Below the pieces are notes generated by a model. That model saw only the letters and a list, made by a program, of their open reading frames with translations. It had not been told where the DNA came from and made no database searches. This document shows, in pieces, positions 1-12,700 of a DNA stretch of 64,000 bases. The DNA comes from Hyphochytrium catenoides (lineage: Eukaryota; Protista; Hyphochytriomycota): contig FLMG01004575.1 of the NCBI GenBank assembly GCA_900088475.1, forward strand, positions 7,683 to 71,682, written 5' to 3'. The number at the start of each line of letters is the position of its first letter. Position 1 is the stretch's first letter. Both the position numbers and the translations under genes were made by a program.

Positions 1-1
1 G

Positions 2-244
2 TTTGGCTATGAGCGAGGGAAAGATCTTTACGTTCATGTGGATCCTATCGGAGGGCATGATGAAGATGCCTGGGCCCACAGATTTGGTCTTATAATGAGG
101 TGGCTTTTTCCACGACCTCAAGAAGAGCATGGTGAGGGGGAAGGGAGGCTGGAAGTTGCGCAGGGCCCGTCGCGGCAGGTAGATGGAAGGTCGATTAGGG
201 AAGCAGAGTATAGGAACGGTCCAACGAGGAGCCATATTGAATAG
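2..244 (+). CDS. 3' end of an alpha/beta-hydrolase (putative esterase family) gene entering from the left edge
   Basis: Frame is open from base 2: FGYERGKDLYVHVDPIGGHDEDAWAHRFGLIMRWLFP. This fits the C-terminal GxHxExxWxxR...LF catalytic-His motif of putative esterases. Stop at 244. Confidence 0.6.
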   Translation, partial: FGYERGKDLYVHVDPIGGHDEDAWAHRFGLIMRWLFPRPQEEHGEGEGRLEVAQGPSRQVDGRSIREAEYRNGPTRSHIE

Positions 245-382
245 AAACAGATATGTAAATATTTTTCAAGGAAAGAACTTGTCGTAGACACCACCTTCCT
301 TCTTCTTTCTCTCCTAGTACACTGTCCCTCGTCAAAGCTCTTCTCTCACTCCATCTGTTGTCTTTTGAGGCTAGCTATCGGT

Positions 383-3300
383 TTAAAAGTCCTTGAACCA
401 AGTGTCGTCTCCTTTAAAAGGTTCTCCCACGTCTAGAAGTGCATCCTCCGTAGGAGTAGAAGCTGTAAGTTCTGCATACTTTGTCTTGGCAGCCTCAGCG
501 AGTGGAGCCTGAGAAAGAGATCAGATATTAGTACGCATATACCCCTTCTTCATCGCCCCTTCATCCTTATTAGGCCGATTGTGCCAAAGAACGCTTAGCT
601 TACCTCTACCAGTCCAGTTCTGAGTTTATCCCAGTCAATGCTTGAGAAAAAGGCATGAGTCTGCAGCTGTCTTCCCGGATCATCTAAAGAGGAATGCCGT
701 TAGGTGGCAAGTGTTAGCGATATATCGTGCCTCTTCTGAGCATGTCACATATTGCCGCTAAAACCTTTCGCTTATAGTCACCATCTCTTCTATGCTATAA
801 TAAATATTTCCCTCCTTTCGCGGTAGCTAAAGGCCATTCTGTCTCTCCGCTCATCTCACTTACCTTGTCCGCCAGGGATCATTGAGTTCCGAAAGCCTAG
901 ACGACCTGCCGGTCGTGGATTGATAAGACCGTTCATAATGTCCCTTGCGTATGGGCTCACGCCTTCAGGGATATTAAGGCCTCCCTATAAGCATGCTTTT
1001 AGCTAACCGTTCGTGTAAATGGCAAGAGCATCACGCCAGTAAACGTCCATTGCATACCGGAGCAAAGCTGGCAATTCGCTTGTAGATTTCCATCTCGTCA
1101 TAAGTCTCATTGTAAAATGGAGTGTTGCCAGCTAGCAACTCGTAGATAAAGATGCCCAGTGCCCAAAGATCACTTGCTTGACCGTGGCCTGATGTGTAAC
1201 AAGGGAGATCAATTGCTGCAAAGTGCAATCCCTTCTAGAACACCATTTGCTATATATGGCACTCAATGGTTCTCCGTCTGTTCCCCTGCTCCCAAAGTAT
1301 CTTTTTGCAAAATTGTGAGGCAATCAATGATACTCGTGTGCTCTCCTGCTCCCAGGTAATGGCTAGTTTGCCTTACCGTGCCCCTTCACTTGCTCGGGGG
1401 CAAGATACTCCGCAGTTCCGCACAGCGTATATGTTCTGCCAGTGCCGACGTACTTGGCTAGGCGAATATTCGTCAAGCAAATGTGACCATCTTTGTCCAT
1501 TGTGAGCATCTCCGGAGAAAGGGCGCGGTACACGTAACCAACCTGTCGGCGAGGCGGAGAACAGTGAGAAGAGGTAACGCCGTAGAAACAGAAGGCGAGG
1601 AGCCACACACACCTCATGCAGGTAGTTAAGCGCAAGCACCACTTCAGCGGCGTAATACTGCGCCACCCTTTCAATCTGAGGAGTCTGGTCCAAGAAGGTG
1701 CTGAGATCAGCTACTATCACTCGCTGCAAAAGCATGTGGAGGGATGTTTCGTCATCGAGAGTTGCAAGAAGAGGCGCCAGTGCATGCGTGCCGCCCGTAA
1801 GGGTAGCATAAACGTCTCTTTCTCCCGCAACTTGAGCCTGTAAACCTTCCGAAACGACCGCACGCTTGTTAGCGCTTTTAAGGGTATACTCCTTTCTTGT
1901 AACTTTGTTCCGAACCAGACGGAGCACCTAGGAATAATGGCGGGTCAGTTTAATAGAGACCAACAGCCATACGCCCGCCCCTCCTGCAATGTTTCTTTCA
2001 TGTCTCGTTCCAGCGATCGGTGGATGATTCTGACCCAATCCCATAGAGTTTAAGAGGGCAAGTCATTGTCGGGCGCTTAACTATTTTCGCCTGATTATTG
2101 TTCTTATTGCATTGGCCAGTGATGTCCATTTCTCAAGCCGTTACTTTCCTTGTTCTTGTCCGCATATCGTAAGCCATACCCACTGACTTACATGGCTATC
2201 TCCATCATTCCAGACTTCTGCAATGACCTCAATATCCTTGATCCCAAAGTTCCACTCTTCTTTGTTTATCGTCCGATTGGTGGTCAGGGAGTTGGGGGCA
2301 GGGACAAAGTCCCCATTCTGCGAACGAAGAAAGCAATCGCAGTTGCGTGCAATTTAGAGAGAGAATATAACAAGGCGGTCTCCTTAAATAGAACTGCGCA
2401 GGCACCCAGGCACTAAGCAGCGAGAAACAGCAATCATCTTGGACCCAGAATTTTATGAGTGTAGTAGGCTTGACCTAGGATTACAGCCAGCACCGGAAAG
2501 AAGAAAACTGCGTACCTTCCAGCTTTTTTTCATTTGCTCAAAGTCTTTCCCCAGTTGCCTCCGTTTTGCGTCCAAATCTATCAGGTAGCGTAGTGGTCCT
2601 AAGTACTTTTCAAAATCATCGCGATGGATATGCAGACACTTGACTTCTTCGGATGAAGCTACTACATCGGCCATTCTATCAAAGTGCAAAAGCATCAGTC
2701 TATTGCAGATATATCGCTCATTGGAGTACAGAGAGGATAAAAGCAAAAGCCAAATGTCATGCTTGATCCGTACTAAGAACCAAACGAGCGGAGGAGCAGT
2801 AGGACAAGAGGTGGGGATAGGACACGCCGAAGTAAATCAGCTGGAGGAGTTAGGTCTTAGCAAGCAACCAGAGCTCAGGGGAGCAGGTATCCCGGTGCTT
2901 ACCTGGGCTCTCCTGTCAGCAAACCTCTTTCTCCAAAGTATTCGTGTGCGCCTAAGCTCACTGGCGGTCCACTACCTGATTCCACCTTTACATCTCCTTG
3001 GACTATAATGTAGAACGTGTCACCGATGTCCCCGGCCTTGATAATTTTATCACCCTTCTTAAAAGTGACGGCTTTCAGAACCTCTGCAAGCCGTTGCAGT
3101 TGCGTGGTCTTTAGAGGTTTCAGGACATCCACCTTCCTTAGCACTTGAACCATGTTACGAATCTGGGTTTACGGCCCCCAAAAGCGCGCAGGAGAGAGAC
3201 CAATAGTAAGCAATTTTGGCCAGCGCGCCTTAAGGAATGGAAAGATGCCCAAGCGGAAAACGTGAAGAGGGGCAAAGTGCCAACAAGTAGGTGATAGAGA

Positions 3301-6300
3301 GCCGCGTAGAAGAAAACGTAAAGGGTCATTGTACACTTTTGGGATAGACTTAGACAAGCGAGCTTGGTATAGTCCACAAGATATCAGAAGGTTGAACGGA
3401 GAGGTTAACGAACCATCATCGGTCTGTGCATGAGAATGTTCCTGAAAGCTAGCCTATCTAGGGCCCAGAGGATGCCTCGGGTTTTGGCAATGACAGTTGC
3501 GGCACGAGGTTTGGAGTGCATCAACGCCAATTCACCAAAAGATGGATGCTGGACTCCCCCGTTTGAACTAATGGAAAAAAATGGTCAGCCTCTTCCCCTT
3601 TTAATCAACAGAACGACCTCAATCACTGGCAACCAGAGGTTAGTTGTAGAGCCTTTTGTAGTACCTATACTCGTGGACCACTGGACCATACTTGCCCTCA
3701 AGAGAATTTGGATCTGCGTCTTGAGAAAGAAGGATATTTAAGGGGAGGTGATGAGTCAGGACATTACGAGTAAGGAAAAGGGGCAGATGGAGGGGCGCAA
3801 GGGATGAGCAAGAGGAGGTATAAATGGCTCGACCTACTTGATTCAGCGCCATCTTGTTTGATGCGGACCTCAAAGTCTCCAATGTCAACCACAAAGAATT
3901 CCTCCCCATGATCTCCTTGCTGAATGACAACCTCTCCTGCGACAACTTCCTTCCTGTACATCACCGAAAAAACGTCTTCACGCTGTTAAGGTAGACATAA
4001 AGATGCATGTTACTATTGTGCTGCAAAGACGAAATCAGACAGACATCGCCACCTGTTTCACGTTGAGATGCTGGAAGAGAAAGTTTGATTTGATGGAATC
4101 AGCTATCCTCATCACTTCCTCATTCGACTTGGTAATTCGGTGCTCGTCCACATCATAACCGGTCAAAACATTGTTCCCAATCTGCAAAGTACGTAGGAGG
4201 TTCAAAGTTTTATACAGAGAGGTGCCCTTAGTCAAAGATGGAGAGAGGAAACCCTACATCAGGTGCTAGTGGTAAAACTCTTGATCAAAGACAACCAAAG
4301 AGGACTCCGGACAAAAGCATGCGCACGGTACCTCCATCTCATCACCGATATCACCGACAAGCGTTATACGAATTGCATCTGAACCAACAATCGTATCTCT
4401 CTTTCTGCCGCCTGTTCTCTCGCCTGTTCGTTTAGGGGAATTTGAGCTCAGATTGCACGAGGCGGAACATAGTTCCATTTGGTTGCTATACCTGCGCGTC
4501 TGACTGGCTTCATGGAAGCTTGGAACTCCAAAAGCTCGGCTCCTGTAAATATACTGCCGCGCTGGTCTCTCTCTTCCGTTACTCCCTCGAGGAAGATGCA
4601 GATCATTGTGATATCATCCGTCCTAACTTCGTACTGAAGCCACAGGTTATACGCTTCAGTGACTACAGCCTTGCAGGCCTTGAGAGGATCGTCATACTGC
4701 TTGACTATGTCCGCGACTGACTGACTTGTCAAGAACTCGAACACACCATCACTGGGAAAAAAAAGCGTCGTTGACCACAGAATCAAAGTTAAATACTGCG
4801 TCGCAGAAACTCAGAGAACTTGGACTGTACCTGGCAATGACAATAAACTTGTCGTTGTTATTAAGCTTCTTGGAGAGAATCTCCGGCACCGCAATGACTC
4901 CTAGTTCTTCTGAAATAGAATCTCCAATGCTTCGTGTGAAGGCTGTGCCCTAAAGAAGTGATAATAAAGGCTTTAGCCCAAGCTCTTTTTCTTGGGTCTC
5001 ACGGGCCATTGTCCTCAGACCAATCAACGGTACCACTGTTATACGTACCGGGTAATCGCCGACAGGATGCCAGATTCTAGGAGGGTCTCCAGTCTCATCA
5101 ATCTCGTCGCCGAGGTTCACACCCCAATTTTCATGAATCGGTTCAAAGCTGTGTTGCGCATCCGGTAGTCAGAATCAGTACTAGAAAGCGGAAGTTGAGA
5201 TGGTCCATAATGCTTACCCTTCCAACTGATCAACGGTGAGCACTCGGGCCCCTGTCTTCTTGACACGGTCGCGCTCATCCTGGAAAGAAGAAGAGAGAAT
5301 AACAAGGTTCAGTCGTCTACAGGCACTAAAACACGCATGCTTGCAGGAGTCGTTAGGACCTTTCGGAAAGGCGTCTGGTCCACGGAGAGCGGTTTTGCAA
5401 CAGTATGAGGACTGCCCCCATACTTTTTGTCCTCCAGCTGTCCAATGATCGCTCGGGAATCGCCAACATTGGAGACATAGATCATCTCGTCAACCACAAG
5501 CAAGCTTATTGCAGTTGTGCCACTCATTGAGTCATCAAAGGGGGCCTCGTGCATCTAAGTGGTGGCAGAGGGTCAATTTGGACATATGCTCCTCTTGTTT
5601 AACCAACTATCTATATACCTTGCGATTGGTCTCCACATGGGCATCAATAATATAATTCTTTAGCTGGAGCTCATTGAAGGTCGCTGGTAGCTTATCAGAA
5701 AGAAGCTTGGGCAGCTGTTCCCCCAACCAAATCGAGGTGAATGAGTGACTCTGTAACCATAAGAGCTCTATTACGATGCACACTGCTTACCTGATCCCGA
5801 GCGAACTGCGCACAAACATCTCCCATCGAACCGTGTCCATCAAACACTGAGAAGAAAGCCATATTCTTATGTCCTCCAAAGTTGGTCTGAACGCAAAAGG
5901 CATCCTGGTTGGGCTTCGACAAGGCTGCAAAGGCCAGGGAGAGCGCAAAGGCTTAGGATGGATTTTCCTAGCAAATTAGCGGATTGACGCTACCTTCAGG
6001 GTAATAGCCTCGTTGTGAGTAGTACGCATACCGAAGATGGTAGCCCACTATATCAACCGATTCAGTCTGCTTTGAGCATGTCACTCTGGAGTTTATCTCA
6101 ATATCATTTAATGGCCCACCAGCGCCGGGCAAGCGGGGAGGCAGATAAGATCCCTGGTTATTGCTGTTGTTGTTGCTTGTTAGGGGGTTGGGAGCAAACA
6201 CTGTATGGAAAGGACGTCAGAATCTCCACGCTTAACGGAAACGCTAGAGGACGAGCTTACTTGGAGGCTGGTTATTGCCTGTGGCCCCGTTAGCGGAAGT

Positions 6301-6360
6301 CGCGAACGGGTCATGATATTGGCTGTTCTTCACATCGGCTTTGTCGCAGCAACCGCCCAT
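383..6360 (-). CDS. Protein phosphatase 2C with two cyclic-nucleotide-binding domains and an AGC-like pseudokinase (multi-exon)
   Basis: Start [11 protein letters not shown]2C motifs: [48 protein letters not shown] motifs: [15 protein letters not shown] and [13 protein letters not shown]. Kinase motifs: [20 protein letters not shown]. Ends DDTWFKDF* at 383. GT-AG introns keep the frame. Confidence 0.9.
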
Positions 6361-7711
6361 CTTTTGAAGAGGGAACCTTAGGTAAGGTTGAGCTCGCAAA
6401 GTTTTGGCCGGATGCGAACCTGGTTCCCTCTTCTCGTCACACAACACCTCCTACTTTGAAGATGAGGGTCAGAGTGCCTGCTACTTGCTGCTGAGCGCGG
6501 ACCCCGAGCGCTCGCACTATCTGGAGCTAAGCGTTAACAATATACTGGCAGAGACTAGGGGGTGACGCCAATGCGACCAGGAAAGAGTTTCCGTTCCTCG
6601 TACAGGCTAGGCACTTCTTATGAGGATCGATAGAGGCTTGATGAGGCACTGTCATAATCAATGTACCTGCAGTAGACGGAGGCAAGCGGAGCCAAGAAAG
6701 AGCGAGCGAGCCTCTGAGATCAGATAACGGGGAGTTATTTTTCCTCTCCGTTGTGAGCGCCACCCCCACCCCACCTCGACGACTCTTACGCCCTATGATG
6801 TTATGTTGGGAGTGATCCCCGCGCTCCATAGGGTACTCAAGAATGTACCATACTTAGGTGGTATCAGAGGTTACCCCCAGAGGGTGGGTGTCCCAGCTTG
6901 TGGAGGGTACACAGGCTGTTTTATCCTTGATAACCTAGTCATTAGCACACTCTGTCTCGCAGATCCTCTCTCCGCTATGCGGCCATGAATAATGCCCGTC
7001 TATTGGTCTATTGGGTAGTTCTATCTCCTGCATTCTATGTGGGGTTCAACCATGATAGCGGGAGGAAGAAAGAGCCAGCCGCCACAGCTGAGGTGATCCT
7101 CACCTGTACAGCTTGTACAGCGGTTGGACGTACACCGAGTTCCAAATGATGAGACAGCACCCGACAGCATACTGTATTATTTACAGCGTCATCACAGTAA
7201 CTCTTGGGATGGCCCTTCACTGGTCATTTCGTAGTCAAAGGCCTACACTGCTGATAAGCTGTTTTATTTTTTTCTCCTGAAAACCGGAGCCATCTCAGGA
7301 TCACATTCACTGCTCAGACCTTTCTTCCCTCTATGAAGGAAGACACCCCTCCTATTGCAGTTTCTTAGCACACTCCAGATCCTTTATTAAGTCCGTGATT
7401 GTGATCAACTATAAAGTTTGCCCGATAGATAGACAGCGACACGCTGGACGCTAAGCTGCATCAGGGAATTCACTATGATCGGTGAAGCAAACCTAAGAGT
7501 CTGCCTTTATCTAAAGGCGCTTCTTCCGCAGCGGAGATAACCTTTTTTAAAAACTTTCCCATATGCTATACGTGACCGCATAAGAATAAAAGCGGTGTAA
7601 TGCCAAAGTAAGGCTCACTCTGTGCATCGTGTTACGTTAATATGATCGTGTGAAGATGCCTAGATTTGTTAACGGAACGACACGAAAGTCAAACTAGCTC
7701 ACGAACATTAT

Positions 7712-7889
7712 ATCCCCTGAGTGGGGCCCGCGTCTCTACGGTCGCATTGGGACTATGGCTACTCATAGGGGATTCGATGTCCTAACGCTTATGACCGTTG
7801 GGCAAGAAAAAATATGGAGAGAAGACGGGGCTCGAGAGGAGCCCAGTCACCCATAAAAACGTCCGAGCAACCACGGGGCGCTCCGGTGG
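7712..7889 (+). ncRNA. Candidate structured non-coding RNA (four consecutive hairpins)
   Basis: Inverted-repeat stems at 7712-7773, 7778-7804, 7813-7855 and 7871-7889. G-U pairs form only on the + strand. No family recognised. Confidence 0.3.
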
Positions 7890-8086
7890 CGTTACCATGA
7901 CAGAAAGTTCTATTTATGAGAGGGCCAACTACCTATGGTAGACTCACATCCGTGACGCACTCCACTAATAGGTCCACCACCACTCCTACACTACTTGAAA
8001 AAAGTTCTAATTCTATTAAACAGACCCCCACATCATAACCACCAAGATATTCACACACCAGGGAGGACCGTCACAGGCTAGCAGGT

Positions 8087-9031
8087 TCACTCAACAAAAC
8101 TTCCTTGACTTTGTCTCTTCCTGCTTTGCTTCTCCAATTTCTTTTTGCTAAGCTTCCGAGTCGCCATCTTGTCATAGTAACCTGCTTGCTTGGCTTGGTT
8201 ATTGGCATAGATTACAAGCGCTCCGAGACCGCCGACGGAAAGAGCTTAGGAAACGAGGAGGGACACATCGTTAGCCGGACTTTCACAGTCACCGAATAGG
8301 GATGCAAAGGCAACATACCTAAGAAGACCCCTATGATCACGTAGGAAGTCGTAGCATCAGATTTGGCCTTCGATTTCTTCCCATTTCGTGTTTTAGCGTT
8401 CGCTGAGGCCTTCGTTTTCCTCTCCCCTGCTTCCTGAGCTTTAGTACGGAGCTCCACATATTGCCTCATACCCTCGTTGACCTCATGCTGGCATCTGGGA
8501 ATGACTTCAGTCAGCTTTTTGTGGATAAAACCCCACTTGCAGCCTGCCTATATCTTACTCTTCCTTAAGCTTGTTATTTAGTTTCCCTTCACCGGTTGCA
8601 CCCTCCGCTTGCAATTCTTCCAACGTTTTCCTGAGATCTGCCTGACAGTCTTCGCTCATTCTACTGTAAATGAAGCTGAACATGCGCGTCCTGCAGTTGA
8701 CAGGCGTAAGCTTTGTTTTTCATAGGCTCAAATGAGGAAGCTGGGCTTACTGCTCTTCCTCGTCAGGAGTCGCTGCGGTCTCCGACTGGTGGCCTGCGTC
8801 TTCGGTCGTTTCGTCAGATGCGTCAAAGTCTTCATCCTCATCCTCTAGGGAACCGGCAGAAGAGTCTTTGGCCTCTAACGTAATATCGTTATCTTTACTC
8901 TCCTCTTTTGCCAAAGCATCGATGCTATCTTTGCTATTGGCATTCGCATAAACGGCGATAACTCCTGTGGCCACAAGCAGCGCGGCTAACAGGAGACCCA
9001 ACAGATTATGTTTACGACGGCCAGACAGCAT
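8087..9031 (-). CDS. Hypothetical type I membrane protein
   Basis: Signal peptide LLGLLLAALLVATGVIAVYA, acidic low-complexity segment, Cys-containing helical region, TM starting YVIIGVFL, basic tail RKLSKKKLEKQSRKRQSQGSFVE*. Spliced. Confidence 0.65.
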
Positions 9032-9766
9032 CCTGCACCTGTACGAGGCTCCACGAGGGCGGGTTGTTGGCTTGTGCAGTCAATTAGAGGCCTCCGATAG
9101 AAAACATATAGTGACTTCATCACTGCTTCCTGAGGACGCGAGCTTGTGGTCTTCCAGGCGGCATCAGATTACACAGTAGTTCCAATCCAGCACACCTTCT
9201 AGAACTAAACTCCAGAGTCTGAAGGATTCGGAGGAGGGAGGAGGATCTCCTGCTGATCTGCAATCTGTGAGATCTGTGGATCTAATAATGTGATTACCCT
9301 TTCTTTGATCCGATATGGGATTATTCTTTGTCCTGGGGGAGGTCTCTACGTGGTTGAGAGGGCGGGAATTACGAAAGCTCAAAAAGGGAACCACATTTCC
9401 CTCGCCTTTCGTCTTCCGAAAAGCTGCAGATCATTGCGGATCAGAATGCGACGTCTCATCATCGCTCCTCTTACGGTTTACTTAGGGAGAATAACCATGG
9501 CACAGGGAGCGATCTCATATATCGCTTGGTCGTCGAGGCACAACGGGGGCCATGTGGCTATGTCTGTGTTTCGTGGCTGCTTAGGGTAGAGCTAACTGGG
9601 AACATAAGAGAGAATGGCCTTTGATAGAGTCTCCACGTGAAGAAGTTTCTCAATTTACACGCCGTCGCTATCTTGACGAGTGACTTAGAGCCTAGGCGAG
9701 CAAAGTCTTTCAGAATTATTCCTGTCGCTTGGTCAACCCTGAAGGCTTCAAGTTCCTTATCGAGCT

Positions 9767-12700
9767 ATGTTGCGCAAAAAGTCTATAATAAGCAAACTTG
9801 GCTCGCCGCCCTCGCAAAAGATAGGAAAGCCCTTCGTCTCGCCCACAGCCAAGAGGCCAGACAACCAAGATGAGAGCTTTCCTAGACATGATGAGGAGCA
9901 GTATCTTACAAACTCCCAAGCGGTGAGCTTAGCGAAAAGTCGCACTGATCTCAACCGCAGCGGGCCTTCTGACGCTGTCTGTGCATAGGTCAAGTCAGGC
10001 TCTGTTGCAGTGCAGCGGATGCCATTTCTGTCTTTTCTCTCTGTCCCAAAGGATACTTCCAGTCTCTGCAGAGCTTTCAAATCACCTGCTGGAGTTAAAA
10101 GAACACCGCAGAGCGATGAGCTCTTGAAGAGAAAGACTCTAGGAGTACGTCTCGTACACCAATGATTAGAGCTAACCCATGTAACTTTTCTTAACGCTCA
10201 ACTCGGTTTTATAGGCAAGACGGATCTGGAGTCGAAATATTCCCTCAGGTTTCCGCAAGCATGACTATGTTCAGGTAAGCGGCAGGCTATTCCAGGGCTA
10301 CTCTATCGTCGTTGACGGGCGATGGCTGACTGTATCTCTCGAAGGTTGAGGATGGCCTCGAGGAAGATGAAATAGGTGTTCCCGAGCAACCTACAATTGA
10401 AGCTCAGCCGCCAACCACAGCGCCAGCGGCTTTACCTGAGGCTCCTCCTTTGGTCTTATGGGAGCCCCCAGAAGGTGAAGAAGGCGAGCCTGTGGTTGTC
10501 GACCCTATTGTGGGAGCATACCTACGCCCTCATCAACGTGAAGGTGTACAGTTCATGTTCGAGTGCGGTGAGTTGAACCTTTGGAAAGTTATGCAAGCCC
10601 CGATGTTGTTGACTAAGATTTCACCCCTACAGTTGCTGGGCTTCGAGAATTCGAAGGCAGCGGGTGTATCTTAGCAGATGACATGGGCTTAGGCAAAACC
10701 CTCCAGGTATAGTTTGTTACTATAGGCGGTTCTTCTTAAGTTGAATACTCAGTCGTGCTGCAGAGTATCACGCTTTTGTGGACTATGCTTCACCAGGGCT
10801 GGAAGGTGAATGCCCCCGTAGATAAGGCCATTGTCGTGTGTCCCACAAGGTCTAGTGAGCATCGGAGTCTGTCCCACCTAAGCTGAGGCTGACATTACTG
10901 GCTTTCAGTCTGGTCAAGAATTGGGACGACGAGATTGACAAGTGGCTAAATAAAGACCGTAAAGGGCTGCCTTCAAGACTGAAGACTGTCGCTCTTAGTG
11001 GTAAGTCGTTCAATGAAGCGCCTCCAAAGCTCCTTCAATCAAGTGCTTCCTTGCCACAGAGGCTACGCGAGAAGAAGTTGTTCGAGGAATCCGTGATTTC
11101 AAAGCTACCAAGTTCAAAGTTGTTTTGATCATTTCATATGAGGTGAGCTGTGGAACGGAAGTTTCAACTCATCAAGCTATTGACAGCGCACTTCAGACTT
11201 TTCGCCTTCACAGCTCCAAGTTCTCAGATCCCGCCGCTTGCAGTCTGCTGATCTGTGATGAAGCACACAGGCTGAAAAATGGAAATGCTCTCACAACGCG
11301 CGCATTATCCAGTAAGCACTAGGAAGGGTTGAGAAGTCCGTGTCGTAGCCCTAAATCTTCCGTCAGATTTGCACTGCAGGAGGAGAGTCCTGCTATCTGG
11401 CACACCCATCCAGAATGACCTTGAAGAATTCTTTGCCATGGTAAAGTACAAGGCTAGCCTCGTTTAGGCGAAGCTCTGTGGTCTTCTAATCACGAGTCTT
11501 ATCCAATGGTGCAGGTTGACTTCACTAACCCCAGTATTTTCGGAGACGCGTCAGACTTTAGAAGGACTTTTATGAACCCCATTCTGGTGGGAAGGGAGCC
11601 AGATGCTTCCGAAGGAGAGAAAACATTGGCTCAGCAGTAAGTGAAAAGACGTAGAACCCAGCTCTTCTTTGCTTCACTCCTACTCTCTCTCCGTTAGGCG
11701 ATCGTCGGAGCTATCTGATATTATCAACCAGTTTATCCTCCGGCGGACCAATTCGTTGAATGCGAAGCACTTGCCCCCTAAGCTTACTCAGGTATAAGCT
11801 TTCTATTGCACCAAACTCTGATATGCAGCCCAGCTAAGGCAGATTCAGGTTGTCTGCTGCAGGATGAGTGAGGTTCAGAACCAGTTGTACACACATTTTC
11901 TCAACTCTAAGCACTGTCGAGCCATCATCAACTCTCAAGATACAAAGGTTCTGTCCTCAATAACAGCGCTAAAGAAGTTGTGCAACCATCCCCAGTTGAT
12001 ATATGATGCCAGGTAACTCCTTGCAAGCTAGTGATTGCTAGCTTATCCTCAACCTTCTTCTACAGCAAGAACTCGTCTGGTGCAAGTGCTCCAGGCTTTG
12101 AGGACTGCGACAAGTTTTTTCCTCCGGAGATGAGATCCCGAAAGGCATGCAATCCGAGTCTTTCTGGGAAGGTTTGTCTGGTTGTTGTTGCTTTGCCGCC
12201 CGGGATATAATGTTAATGCTATTCATGAACTTCAAACTCTGTTCTACTTGGGACAGCTCCAAATTCTGACTGAATTATTGAGATTCATGAAGCTGAAGAC
12301 TCAAGACAGAATTGTCATTGTCTCAAATTACACGCAGGTAGATCCTTGCTAATTCTTAGCAACGGGTTGAATTCTCATTTATCCTTAGCAACGGGTTTAA
12401 TTCTCATTTGTCAACATTTCCCGGCCTAGACGCTGGACTTGTTTGCACAGGTTTGCGAGAGTCATTCTTGGGAGTACATAAGGTTAGATGGGAGCACCAC
12501 AGCCTCAAAGAGAAAGAAGCTGGTTGATGTCTTCAACAAAGAAACACGATACTTTGCCTTTCTCCTGTCAAGCAAGGCTGGTGGTTGCGGTTTGAATCTA
12601 ATCGGCGCCAACCGGTTGGTGCTCTTTGATCCAGACTGGAATCCAGCGACAGACAAGCAGGTACGAGCCCAACAGCAAGACCCAAAGGTCACGAACAGGT

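Noticed and set aside
7712-7773. SECIS element or RNase P/MRP/snRNA identity for the hairpin cluster
   Set aside because: No tandem G-A quartet and no in-frame TGA seen in the adjacent gene; P4 helix, U1/U2/U5 signatures and a telomere template were not found.
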